A DNA stretch of 64,000 nt, taken from Thalia democratica. Its lineage: Eukaryota. Location of the stretch: the NCBI GenBank assembly GCA_965202585.1, contig OZ241833.1, positions 30,752,001 to 30,816,000 of the forward strand. The letters are read 5' to 3'. Position numbers and translations under genes: made by a program. Of the stretch, positions 1-13,200 are shown in pieces. The stretch's first letter is position 1. Each line of letters opens with the position of its first letter. The notes below the pieces were generated by a model. The model ran no database searches. It saw nothing but the letters and a program-made list of their open reading frames with translations, and was not told the DNA's origin.

Positions 1-32
1 CCACTTATATAGTCTGCGCACTTGTACAAATA

Positions 33-130
33 AACTAGCATGTACTTGTGGAACAAATAATATTTGAACTAGCATGTACTTTTGAAAACAATAATATTTG
101 AACTAGTATGTACTTGTGATTATAATAATG
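33..130. repeat. 34-bp tandem repeat, ~3 copies
   Basis: aactag(c/t)atgtactt recurs at 33, 67 and 101. Confidence 0.85.
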
Positions 131-1347
131 TTTAATTGTTTTCAAATTTGATGATTTATTGATTTTGAAAGTTATTTTGTTGTTTATTTGGTACAGACTA
201 AAGTCCATTAATATTTAAAGCATGAGCATTTAATACATATAAAAAAAAATTTCTTGATTTTAAGGTTTTTATTCATTTATAAAAAAACACTTTTAGTATC
301 TTCAGGCCACATAATTATAAACAAACTTAACAATGCATTACCTATATGTATTTAGTTTTTTTTAATCAAAACTAAATGATTATTTTTCACTTAATTTTTT
401 TTTTGTAAAAATTCATCAGATTCAAAGTTATAGAAAAAAAAACTGTTTAAAGAGTGTGTATATTTAGTTAACAATAAATTGGAAAAGAATACCAACTTTA
501 TGAATAACATATACTAGTTTACACTGATTTTTATTGTTAACTGATAATTTTCGAGCAAATGTGGAACTCTTATTTATATTGATCAAAACGAATTAACAAA
601 CAGTAGGAACGGACTGATGAAATTTAACACAAAAGTGGAAAAATTAATATTTGATTTGAAGGTAAAAATTATTTAGTCGAAAAATTAAACTTTATACTCT
701 TTTGTGCTGCTTTATAAAATTACCGAATGGCGAAAATTGTAAATTCTTTAAAACACAGGGAAATATTTATTCAACCTCAAAATTAAATGCCTTACTGAAC
801 AAAACCCCTGTGAATTTGCAATTTCCTATGATATTGCTGCTATTCGAATGCAGAATAATCATTAAACTTTTCCTAAGTTTACTTCAACAATGTTGAATAA
901 ACACTTGTATCGCTTTCATAAACAAAGAAATTAACACTTTGTTTGAGATTTAATGTTATCAAAACATTGAAATATTGTTACACTATTGGTTTTATTTTTA
1001 CACACTGTTTACATTTTTCGCATTCAAAATAATACTTAAAATAGTTATTACATACACTGCTGTAATTAGTTTTTATTTTCAATTTTACCTTCACTATCAC
1101 AGATACTCATTCTTTTAACAAAATAAAGCGATAAAATGTTTACAAGATATGCAAGTACAGAAATTTTTGCATATAGTAAATACTTGCTTAAATAAACTTA
1201 ACTTACAAAAATAAAAAAGGATAACATCTTATCTATGATAAGTTCATTTTATAAATTATTGATAAACTAAAATGTTTTTTGATTTCTTGCACATTAAGTT
1301 ATCCAGACCAAACCATGAACAATAAAATTTTTACTGTATACTTAAAA

Positions 1348-1748
1348 CAGGGTTGCCACTTGTTTTTTCAAAAAAAAATCCAGGTTTTTCAGATTTCTTC
1401 CAGGTTTTTAATAGTACATATTTTTAGTCTATTTTTTGTTTAAAGCTAAGTTTAAGGTAAGAAACTGTGTTAAATAGTATAAAAAATTGAAAAATTACTG
1501 TAAAGCTACTTTAAATATGTTTTCAATGAAAACAAATTTGATGATGACAATTTTTTTTATTTTTATGATAAATGTTCGGAGTCAAATCGAAATTTTATTA
1601 CTGAACATGTGAAAATTGCTTAAATTCCAGGTTTTTTTAGTGATTTTTGTTCAAAATTTCAGGTTTTTTTAAAAAATTTTCAAATTCCAGGTTTTTTTTT
1701 GCCTAAATTGTCAAATTCCAGGTTTTTTCAGGTAAAGTGGCAATCCTG
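1348..1748. mobile_element. MITE with CAGGGTTGCCACT TIRs and 6-bp TTAAAA flanking duplication
   Basis: cagggttgccact (1348) ... agtggcaatcctg (1748); ttaaaa on both sides; internal aattccaggtttt repeats. Confidence 0.8.
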
Positions 1749-1913
1749 TTAAAAATTTAAAACAAATTATAAACCAAAAAAAATTACCTCCACCCAAAAG
1801 TTATATAATACATAATAATAAAAACAAATTGTACAGTAATCTTCCTTTATTGTACCAACATATGTTTCTGTGTGTTAACGAATCAACACACTTCAACTGG
1901 GTTCTGTAAAAAA

Positions 1914-3695
1914 TAGTGATGTACCGGACTCACTATCCGGGTCCGGGTCCGGCCGGATATTGCCATTTTTGTCTGATATCCGGATCCGGCCGGATTCAAA
2001 TTTGAAAAAAAAGTCCGGATCCGGTTCCGGCCGGATTTTAATTTGAAAAAAAAGTCCGGATCCGGTTCCGGCCGGATTCTAATTTGAAAAAAAAGTCCGG
2101 ATCCGGGTCCGGCCGGATCCTAACAGAGATCCGGCCGGACCCGGCTCTATTTAGTAAAAAAGAGCATACTGAAAAGTATTTTTCCAAAAACAAACCCTGT
2201 GTAAATTAATAAGAGTCATTTTCGTCAGCTAAAATTAAACATCTACCGTGATTGGCTCATTTTGTACATGTGACTAATTTACATTTGTTTACATTTAAAC
2301 TATGAAATAAACATTTCAGAAATGCAGCTCATTACATATGTTGTAAAATTGAAAACTTTGGAATAAATACTTGCATTATTTATTGTTTAAAGTTGAGCTC
2401 AGAGAATATTTAGAGTTAATACGGTTGAATGTAAGAGCCGATGAGAATCATATGACAAAATGTTTCAAACTAAATACTGATGCAACAAAACATCAGAACA
2501 TGACAGGCAGTTTATATGTAAGCAGTTAGTTAACTTGGTGTGCAGCTTGAAGCAACAAAATATCTTGAACTTTTTTGTGAATGTTTATTGTAAGTAGTGT
2601 TTTGTTTTAAAAGTGAATATTTCAACTGGTGTTTAATTGTTTAAATATTTAAGCCAGGTTTATAGTTTAATAGTTTATTAAAAATTTAACAGTTTCTTGT
2701 TTACTAAAAGTTTTATTTAATTTTTAGTTTATTGTTTTAAGTCTTTTGATATAGATTTAAATAGCTTCCAGTTTTTAAAGTGTTACCAAAGTAATTAATA
2801 GTTTTGTATATGCTAGTATTTCTTGTTGTGTTTTATATAAAAGATTCATCACTCAAAACTGTCGTGTCTGATTATAGAAAGTAGTCTCAGTTAGAATTTG
2901 TTAGATATTAATTAAATAAGGTAGGATTTAACTATGATGGGTAGTACTAATAGGTTAAGTGTACCACAATCACTACACAACTTTACTACCAAATTGTCAA
3001 CCCTTGCTAGCTGTTCTACTGTTTATTAGATTAAAGTAATTTTTTCAGTTTTTAAAAACCTCATTCTGACTCAGGCTTGTTTATATTCACTCTAGCTATT
3101 TTTATTGACTTAAACAGTGGCAACCCTGCTAGTTAGAAAATTTTTGGGAATTTTAGAAATCTTGGACTGCCTCAGGCTAGTTTAGTTTTTTATAAAAACT
3201 CAGGCTAATTTTCTTTTAGATTTTGAATGAGTTTGAGCTGATCCAGTTTTCAATAGTTTGTAGTTTTCTAGTGTATTTTGTTCAAGAACTTGATTTCAGA
3301 TTTTTAATTGTAAATAACACCTAAATTTGTAAACCTTGTGGCTAGCTGTTCTAATTATTATTAGATTAAAGTTTTTTTTTCAGTTTTTAAAAACCTCATT
3401 CTGACTCAGGCTAGTTTATACTAGTGATGTATTGGACTCACTATCCGGGTCCGGGTCCGGCCGGATATTGCCATTTTTGTCTGATATCCGGATCCGGCCG
3501 GATTCTAATTTGAAAAAAAAGTCCGGGTCCGGTTCCGGCCGGATTTTAATTTGAAAAAAAAATCCGGATCCGGTTCCGGCCGGATTCTAATTTGAAAAAA
3601 AAGTCCGGATCCGGTTCCGGCCGGATTCTAATTTGAAAAAAAAGTCCGGATCCGGGTCCGGCCGGACCCGAAATTGTGGGTCCGGTACATCACTA
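1914..3695. mobile_element. Composite non-autonomous hAT-like element (left end + 1.27 kb cargo + full MITE)
   Basis: Perfect 16-bp TIR tagtgatgtaccggac (1914) / gtccggtacatcacta (3695); 8-bp TSD gtaaaaaa at 1906-1913 and 3696-3703; ~39-bp subterminal repeats rich in atccggccggat at 1914-2147 and 3422-3695. Confidence 0.88.
3006..3420 (+). repeat. 80-bp direct repeat pair plus an orphan CAGGGTTGCCACT-family TIR inside the composite element
   Basis: 3006-3085 ~ 3341-3420; agtggcaaccctg at ~3116-3128. Confidence 0.75.
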
Positions 3696-4110
3696 GTAAA
3701 AAATAATTACTCTAATGAAAGAATAGAAGCATAGAATAAAGTAGGTGTATACATGTTTTCATTAAAATAAAATATTTGCTACAGATAATAGTTAATAATA
3801 GATAAAATACTATTATCTGTAGAAAATATTTTATTTTAATGAAAACATGTATACACCTACTTTATTCTATGCTTCTATTCTTTCATTAGAGTAATTATTT
3901 TTTTACAGAACCCAGTTGAAGTGTGGTGATTCGTTAACACACAGAAACATATGTTGGTAGAATAAAGGAAGATTACTGTACAATTTGTTTTTATCTATAT
4001 TCCAGTGAAGTTACTTCACTAGGATCTTTTGTTAGCAAACAATTAAACCTATATTTTTGAACAGTTATATAATACATATATATTTAGCTAGATAAGTAAA
4101 CAACACCTAC

Positions 4111-4252
4111 CTCCGCACAAGACACCAGTGATCTTCCACTTTTTGATTTTCACGCCGCTGTCCAACACGGTGGTGATCACCGTTTGCAAGATGCCGAACT
4201 CCGAAGATATTCCGATGGAAACCAGCATTGAGAAGAACAACACCGACCACAG
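4111..4252 (-). CDS. SLC6 coding exon 9 (TM8-9)
   Basis: [47 protein letters not shown]; donor gtaggt. Confidence 0.9.
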
Positions 4253-7200
4253 CTGTGAGGAAAAATTCATTATAATATGTTTATAGGATTGAATTAACTT
4301 GTTTATATATTTGCTTTAAGGGCCGCAGTTTGCCGACCCCTGCACTAGGCGAATGTTAATTGTTGAAAACTATGAAAATAAAAACTTTTACTTAAACAGT
4401 TCAAAGTGGTTAATTTAAAGAATTTTTTATAAAAAGTACCAACTGGTACTGAAAAAAAAGTAACTAAATCTTTAATATTATAAGCTAATCCAGTGGTCTT
4501 CAATCTTTGCAAAAGCTATGTACACTCAATTACTGGAAAATATATTCTGTGCACACCAGGCAATAAAAAATACCAAAGTATTATTAAAAAACCACTATTT
4601 TTATGTTATTTTATGTTATAAGTTGCTGTTTTTAATAGAAAAAGACAGAACAAACATCATCTAATAAAAATATTTTTACCTCACTAAATTTTTTGTGCAC
4701 AGTAAAATAATTTCTGTTCACACCGTGAAGACCACCGAGCTAATCAAAGATAAATTGATGCAAATAAAAAATCTTAAGAAAGATAAACTCTATTACTAAA
4801 ACATACCTGAGGAAGGGGAAATCTGTTGATCGCTTCTGCGAACGCGATGAAAGCCAACCCGGTTCCTTGGACCTCCTGTATATTAGTTGTTATTTTAGAC
4901 TTAAAAAATAATTAAGTAGAAGTAAAAACATTTCACGCTTTTTAATTTTTTTGACGAAAAGCTTGAAAAACTGTCTGAAAATAAAAACAAACTTTGAATA
5001 GGATTAGAAATGTTTTTGTTGTTGTTTTCACGTAGAAATGTAATAAACTTAAAAGTATGTTCAAAGTATTTAACTGCATAAATTAAAACTTAAACAATTG
5101 AAATTAATTTTCTTCACTTGCTGAGGAACGTTTTATACTTTAAAAAAGGTTAAATATTCTTTCAACAACAAAAGTATAGAAAGAAATGCTTCGTTAAGTT
5201 GTTTTTGTCAACGATAAACTTAATAGCTATTAAATTATGGCATAATAACTTTAATAAAATAACTATCGAATAAATTATAAACCACTATAAAATTATCCCT
5301 AACACATCCTCAAAAGATATTCGATAAAAAGAATCTAAGAAAAAATAAAATAACAAAGGGCTCAAATTAAATTATTTTTTAGATCAACACACAACACAAC
5401 TTAAATTATAAGCACTTATATGAACAATAAGAATATTTTTATGAGAAAAAGGCAAGTAATTTACGCAATGAAAATATTTTTAAGTAAATTCCTTGAAGTG
5501 TAAACAACTGTAAATAGAAAAGCCTGAGTTTAGGGTATATTTGTTACATTATTTATAATCAAATAACTTAGGAGTTAGTAGCTTGACATATTTAAATTAA
5601 AAAACACTAACCAAAGAGCATAAATAATTGCAATTATAAACAACTGCTTTATTCCTAACTTAATGGGAAACTACTACAAAACGCAAATTCCTCATACAGC
5701 TGTCTAATGTGAGTCAGGTTTGTAACACGGTTCGCACATGTTACATGATCTCGGGATTAATTCAAAATACTTATATTCAGCTGGGGAATGTATAAAAGTT
5801 TGTCTTAAACTATGATAACAAGTGTTTTTAAACAAAAATAATACATTTACATTTAATATTTTTTTAAAGTATTAATAACTCAATACTATAATTATTTAAG
5901 ACGAAGATATATACAAATATACATTTTTTTTATCAATTTGATAAAGTTTATTAAAGGTCGGCAGTTGTTTATTGAACTCTATATAATCAAGACGTTTTAT
6001 CTTCTTCAGCTGGTTTTTTTTATGAAGATATACATAAGCAATTTTTAAACCTTAGATAAAATAATCTGCTTAAAACTGATAAATATATTATATAATAAAC
6101 AAATATTAAAAATAAAAATTTAAGAGTTTTCTAATAAAGATCCTAGCGAGACAAGTTCACTGGAATATATAATAATAACAAATTTAACCAGTACTCTTTC
6201 TTTAGAAACATGTGTCAGTGTAATAAAGGAAAAATACTGTTTAAATTTGTTATTATCATATAATAAACATAAATACAACAAGCAAATACTCAACATACTT
6301 TTATGGAATGTAAGAAATACAAACTGAAAACTTTAATAAAAAGTAGGTTAACAAACTTGATAAAAATAGAAAACATAAAACCAACATATAATACATTTAA
6401 ACTTTCTTACAAATAAAAGGAGAAATAACACATAACAATAAGTTTTTAAATGTCGTTTTTTTAATTTATCATAACTTATACGAGTTTTAACAAGGTGAGA
6501 TTATTTGAAAAAAATAAATATACTTTAAAAATTATTTAAGTTTTCAAAGGCTCGGTATAACAAGTTTGAAACGTGGAAAAAACAAAAATCAGCCGTATAA
6601 GCAGTTTAAATGAGTTGGTTGCCTGATATCGAGTAAAAACCAAGCAGTTGCGAAACTACTCCCACAATAAACGATAAGAGCCGCCAGCAACTGAAGCAAT
6701 ACATAACAGTTTATCTTTATCAAGAAAGGATTAAAAATTTATTACGTGTAGACTTTGATTTGTGATTTATTCTAATGCCAATAAAACTATTTAATCTATA
6801 GTTTCATGTGTTAACTTCACGTTCAAGTGCATTGATCTAGTTCTTGTTTAAACTTAGATGGAAATTGTTGTTTTGCTTGTGGACACTTTTGCTTGGCTAA
6901 AATATCTCTGCATACAAAATAGCAAAGTAAACCTAAAGTTCAGTCTGATTTGAATATTTGCTGAATCAACATAAAAAAAAATTACAGCTTTTTTATAATT
7001 TTTTTATACCCTTATCCCTAACCCACCTTACCCAAACATACTAAAAATTAATCAAAAAAATACAGTATTAATAGTTTAAATTAAAATTAACAAACAAAAA
7101 TATTTTTGCTGATTCAGCAAATATGAGTGACTATCATGGTCAGGACTGAGCTTTGAGTTTAATAGCCTAAAAATAGGCTTGCATCAGGGAAAGATTAAAA

Positions 7201-10200
7201 TTTATCACACGCACATCATTACGCAATGCAGTTGGCTTCTGATGAAACTAACTGATCAATTGTTACACGTCTCATGTTCAAAGCGCATTGGTGTACTTGC
7301 TGTTATAACATGATGGAAACTGTTGTTTTGCTTGAAAAAATTTGACTAGGACATTCTTCGCATAGAAAATAATGGTTGCTGCTTAATTTCTTCAGTTGCA
7401 AGAAAGTATATTTCTTTAGATCAATTTAAAAAAAAAGTTTTTAGCATGAACTAACTGGATTACAAATAGAAATAATGAGTAAAAGCAAAAAATTGTTTTT
7501 AACAAATTATCAGTCAGTCATGCGTGTAAAAAAACTATAGAAAATGAATAACAGACATTTGGTAGTTATATAAAGGCTTTGACAATTAATAAATTTCTGA
7601 AAATTTTAAGTATAATCAGTTGTTTTTACAAACTGTATAAGGATTTTAATATATTTAATATTTTATCAGTGGGCCAACTAACTATTATATATTCATAAGT
7701 CTTATAAACAATAATTAATTACTTTTAATAATTCTTAAACAATTTTCATAAAATACTTAATGCAAAAACATAAAATAGTTTTAAGTAGATTTTAATACCA
7801 ATGTTTTATTTGAAGAGAACTGTTAATATCTGCCACTCTAAAACTTGTTCAGATAAAACTTCAATGAGATTTAAACCAAAACATGACAACTTTTTGTGTT
7901 GGAAACAATAAAAACAAGTTTTAATGATTACCAGAACACTTTAGTTATCAATTGTGTAACAACATACAAGTAATAACTAAATGACTACATTATAAGCTTT
8001 TTTTATGACAACAAAACATAAAAAATTACATATTTATCTATTTTTCAGCGTGAGATTATTTTTCAACTTAATTGTTGTTTAAAATTTTGCTGTAAATTAT
8101 TTAAACTGTTGTTTAGTTGTTACAACTCATCATTGATCAAAAAAAAAGTTAATAATAACTGTTTCTTTTTAAGTAATAGAGTAGTAGACAAAACAGTTTT
8201 AATTTGTGTGGAGTAGTAGAAATTAAACAGCGAAATATTTCAAACTAAACGCAAAATATTTGTGAATATCTGCAAAATATTTGTACTTTCGTGTGCATGA
8301 GAGATTATGTGGTAACTGAAATATTTTCCATGTGCTAGGCAGTAAACTGTTGTACTGGAAAGAAACTGGAAAACTTTTTAGATTAAGCGTCGAAAACTTG
8401 AAGCAATTTTTAAAACAGAATGCATTTTTAAGCTTACTACTCTTTAATGATATAAAACATGAGTTGGGAATGATTTAAGGTACAAAGGTAAATAAAATAT
8501 TTAAGACTTAATCAATTGTATATTACCAATCAATAAACGTTGTAGAAAAACGTTTAAAATAAGGTCATATAGGCTAACTTTCAAATGTAACTTTTAGGTC
8601 CGAAATTCAGTTTGAAAATTTTTGCTTACAAATTTGGATGTCTTTTGTTGCAAATACACTAGATTGCCTTTTATTTTCAATATGACAATAAATTATATTG
8701 AATAAAAATTAAATTTCACCTTAACCTGCAGCCTGGCATTTTTATACCTTCATGAATATTTTACATACAAAATTAGGTTATTTTACTTTTTATTGTTTGC
8801 ATAAACGGATTTGCATTTTATATTTACTGAATGAGAGTTTCTCTTAAAAAGCAACAAATCAGCTGCCCACTATACACAAGTTTAAACGGGTTTGAAACAC
8901 TTAAAGTATAATTTCAATTATCTTAATAAATGTATTTATGCTTAATTGGTTTATTTGAATAACCTTATTTATATTGATAGTTTTTGTTTGGTCTAACAGT
9001 TGAAAAACGTTTCGTTTAAGAAAAAACTATCTCAGTATAATTATAATTAGTTTAATTGATTTTTAAAACAAAATTTATTTTGTCCTTTCGAAACGTCATT
9101 TTTAGTTTTACTTGAACATAAAAAAAAAACTAAACTACTTATATTAATATTATCTTATTTTTAATATACCACAAAAAAAAAATTTCAACTCTTCAAGAAA
9201 AAAACTTTAAAATCAAACTTGACCAGTTTTTTCATTACAGCAAATGGCAAACTCAAAAGCCTCGAATTTAAAACTTTAAGACTGTTTTTTCGATAAAATT
9301 TTTATCGACTAAAACGTAAAAGCAACAAAAATTACTTGAAGAAATGTTATTGGTTGCTCTTAAACGGGCGCGACTTTAGTGCATACCGCGGGATGCTTAT
9401 AAAGTTGCCAATTTTTATTCAATTATTTCCAACACACGTACTTTTCTGGCTCGAAATTGCTCATAGGCCGTGGTAATTAAGGAATTGGAATTAAAACTTT
9501 ACTTTTATTTTACTTTGCGGTCAACTTATTGATAAAACTTTAGATGCTAATTATTTTTACTTGATTGTGCGTATTAGTTTTTACAGGTTACTTCAGATTG
9601 TTCTGATAATTTGAGTAGTGAAGTATTATATTATGTATATATGCATATAAATAACAACTTAACAAAAATTAATTTTCAAATGAAAACATATGACTAATGA
9701 AAAAATTAAAGTAGGAGAAAATTTTATTTTGTTATATATGTTGAAGATTTAATTAATTTACTGCATGGTAAATTTAGTGAATTACCTTTGTACATACTGA
9801 CCTAAGATGCAGTAAATGCATTTTAAATTGCTTACTTTAAAAAATTTAATTATTTAAAGCAATTTAAAACTGACTTTGAAAAATTATAAAAGTGCTTAAA
9901 ATGTACCAAAACAATTAAAAATTAATAAAGAAAAACAACTTGAGTGTTTTTTGACCTAAAATAATACTTTTTGTTTGAAACCTAAAGTTAAAGCTACAGA
10001 TAACTACTAGATAACTTTTCTCAATCTATTTTAACCGATACACATGTTTAGCATGCAGTTTACCTTGACCGGACTTTAAAAATTAAAGAAAAAAAATTAA
10101 AATTATACTAAACCATATTAACTTAAGCTATGCTTAAATAGTATAAAGAAGGTTTGAACTTTAGCTTTGTAATTATTTGTGAGAAATTTATATAAACAAA

Positions 10201-13200
10201 AATTTTTATACTTAATCTTTTTTATTTATATGTCGGTAGATTAGTAGAAAATTGATTTAAAACATAAAAATCTTAAATGGAAAATCAAAAAAAACGTTTT
10301 ATTCTAATCACTCAATAGATAAAGGCAAACGGATTAAATTTTCCTTATCTTGATATATTCCAAGAAAAGGAGGATACATTTCTGTAAAATTTACCGGACT
10401 TATTGAACTAGATAAGCGTGTTTGCATAATATTAATCTTGTAAGATAATTTTCAACAAAATAATTAATAAAAGATAAAGTTTGAAGTATCAAGAAACATA
10501 TTTTTTGAACATTTCTTTACATTTATATTGTTGAACGCAAAATGTGCAAGAGTAAGCCTAAAAATGAGCTCATTTTACAATTAGTCCAAAAATGTTTTAT
10601 TATTATTTATTTATTATTTATAAAATTTCATAATTGTTGTTTTAGGCTGTTAAGTTATTTTTTATGTTCAAAGGTCCAGAAATTAAACTTAGTAACCATT
10701 TTTAAATAGCCGCAAATTCTACACTAGTGACCAACTAAATTAGATTTTTATAACTTATTATAAAATCACAACGCTCAGCATAGCTAAAACCTCTGTCAAA
10801 TTTAGTATTTCGTAATAAAATAATATATGTAAAACTACTTTGTGTGAAAAAAGTCAACATTTATAAAAGCTTTGCAAATACTATTTCATATAAAAACTTA
10901 TCAAAATTAAAATAAATCTTCCACAAACCACAACCTTATTTTTATACAAAAACTCAAACTATCTTAAATGCAGTTATACCAGTTATTACAAAATTATATA
11001 AAAACAAAATTTAAGTAACATAAACATCCTACATTTGTAACAAAAACAAAACGAGACTAATTAAGAACCCGGATTTAGTTTTTCAGTTGAGAATTGCGAG
11101 TGCCTTGTTTAAAACCATAAGTATGAATTGAATATTTAATCAAGAAAGTAACTAAATCTGAGACCCAGTTGAATTGTGGGATAGAATATATATTACAATA
11201 ACAAAAATAATTTGTTTTATAATATTTTTAACTTTAATAAAAATAACACAAACAACTTCTACAAGCTCTTTTTCGGGGAAGCACTCAGTCAAAGTGTGGA
11301 CTAAAAAAATATTTTTGAACAACAAAAGTAAATCAGTTATTTTAATTGTATGCTCCAACAAGAAAGTAACAAACATTTGTGAGTTCTTTTCTGGGAAACA
11401 CTCGGTAAAATAGTGGGATGAAAGTATATATCAAAATAAAAAAACTTTTTTTTATTTAATTATTACTAATTTAAATAAAAAAAGTAACTAACTTTGGTGA
11501 GTTCTTCCTCTGGGAAGCAAGTGTGGTTGCCTATGTTGTGTTCGGTTTTGTAAGCTTGCAATTGGTCGTCAGTCCACGATTTAACCGTCGCCACGTCCTC
11601 CTCCGTGAACTCTGACCTGTGATTGGTTGAAAAAAAAAAGTTATAAATTTTTTCATTAAACTGATGTATCAACTTGCTTATATCATATCTATAATTTTTA
11701 ACTATACGGCTTATAGTCGAGTACTAAAATTTTATTAGCTTTTTGAAATAAGAAAAATAATTATCTCAGAAAAACCATTAATTCAATTAAAATCAAAATT
11801 AAACACTATTACAAGTAAAAACTCACCCGAACAAGCACTTGTAGTAGGACTGTTGCGATTTGAAGCCGAGAATGGAGAAGACGGTGAAGCAGGCGAATAT
11901 GGAGGTGGCGCAGTTGGCCGACGCCACGAATATCGCGTCCTGTTACACATACAGCTTGAGTTTGATATTCATTGTTATCAGTTTGGTATTTGTTATTTTG
12001 TTTAGATACTAATTGTTAACTAACTTGTGAAGCATTTTCAAGCACATTTTTACTAAATGACTACAAAAAAACTCTCTTATTGCAAGCAATCTAAGCTTAA
12101 CAAAAGCACGAATATTACGTCCTGTTATACAGTTTCAGTTCGATATTCGAAATAAAGTTCTATTTGCTATTTCAACTTAATGCAGCATTTTTTAATTTGT
12201 TATATTATTTTGATACTAGTTGTTAACTTGCTTAGTAGCATTTCGAGTATACATTTAGCAACTGACTTTATATAGAATTGGTCGTTGCAAGCAATGAAAG
12301 CTTAACATTTACAACATTTTCAATTAAACAAACAATTATTAAACAAACCTTCATGCAGTTGTTGGTGGGGTTGTTGTAACTCGAGTAAGCGATGATGGTC
12401 CCGTAACCCAAACCCAAGCTGAAAAATATCTGCGTCGCCGCGTCCTTCCACACTGTTGCTTCCGACAGTTTGGTTATCTGCATGAAAAATATACTTTGTC
12501 AATGCGGATAATCGAGTTGTCCGGATAAACGAGTGACAGGGAAAAATAACTGAGTCGTCCAAATAAATATGTACTTTATAAATCCCAATAGCAGGTGACA
12601 AAATTTACGCGCAACTGTAAACGAATTTTAGATGTATCCAAAAAACTGTTGGATACAGGAAAAAAACTGTTGATAAAAAGTTTGAAATTGTCAAACAAAC
12701 ATGTTATTTAGACGATGCAAACGAAATTTGGGTTTCAGCACGTATTGTGCGCGACTGCAACAGCCAACTCTAAAAATCTTCAGAACTCTATTCAAGCTAA
12801 TATTCAAAAAACAAACGTTGGGCTTCAGCATGTACACGACCCCGTTGACAGCACCATCCAGCGTCACGCCCCTGAAGAAGAAGATGATCAGTACGAAGTA
12901 CGGGAAGAGGGTGGCGAAGTACATGACCTTGCCCGACGACTTGATGCCCTTGACGATGCCGACGTACACGAGCACCCAGGCCAGGGCGAGCACTCCCAAC
13001 ATCTGCCAGTTGATGTCACCTGTTTAAAATTATTTGGTAATCATTAATGCTCATTATTCATTGCAGTGGTACTTATTATAAAACGATGACTTATTGATAT
13101 CCTGTTTTTGGAAAGTTTCTAAACTTTTTTTTTCCAATTTTTTCAAACACAAAAACTTTTTCTTAGCAAGTCTGGCCCGCAAATAACTAAAAAAGTTGCA

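Larger units (their letters stand above)
1818..3994. repeat. Foldback (long inverted repeat), ~190-bp arms, left arm interrupted by the composite element
   Basis: 1818-1913 + 3696-3791 is the reverse complement of 3810-3994; the inner 96-bp stem has ~2 differences and an 18-nt loop. Confidence 0.9.

Noticed and set aside
702-896. Small AT-rich ORFs (702-896, 24966-25193, 26399-26596, 27120-27314, 40295-40489)
   Set aside because: Low-complexity F/L/K/I-rich translations with intron-like composition and no motifs.
1914-3695. CRISPR-like appearance of regularly spaced palindromic ccggatccgg units
   Set aside because: The spacers are near-identical, not unique. The units lie within TIR/TSD-bounded MITE ends in a eukaryotic intron, and there are no cas genes.
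1-4110. Search for the remaining SLC6 exons (TM10-12)
   Set aside because: No candidate found on the minus strand; they are presumed to lie left of the window rather than lost.
6802-7358. Diverged direct repeats (6802-6890, 7258-7358) flanking a MITE
   Set aside because: Too long and too diverged to be a TSD; likely an old local duplication with no further inference possible.
9350-9490. Slightly GC-richer patch in SLC6 intron 7
   Set aside because: No in-phase exon with splice sites or SLC6-like translation; function cannot be assigned.
12541-12560. gaaaaataactgagtcgtcc, 16/20 match to SLC6 exon 5 (12421-12440)
   Set aside because: The similarity does not extend on either side and has no splice site; it may be chance.
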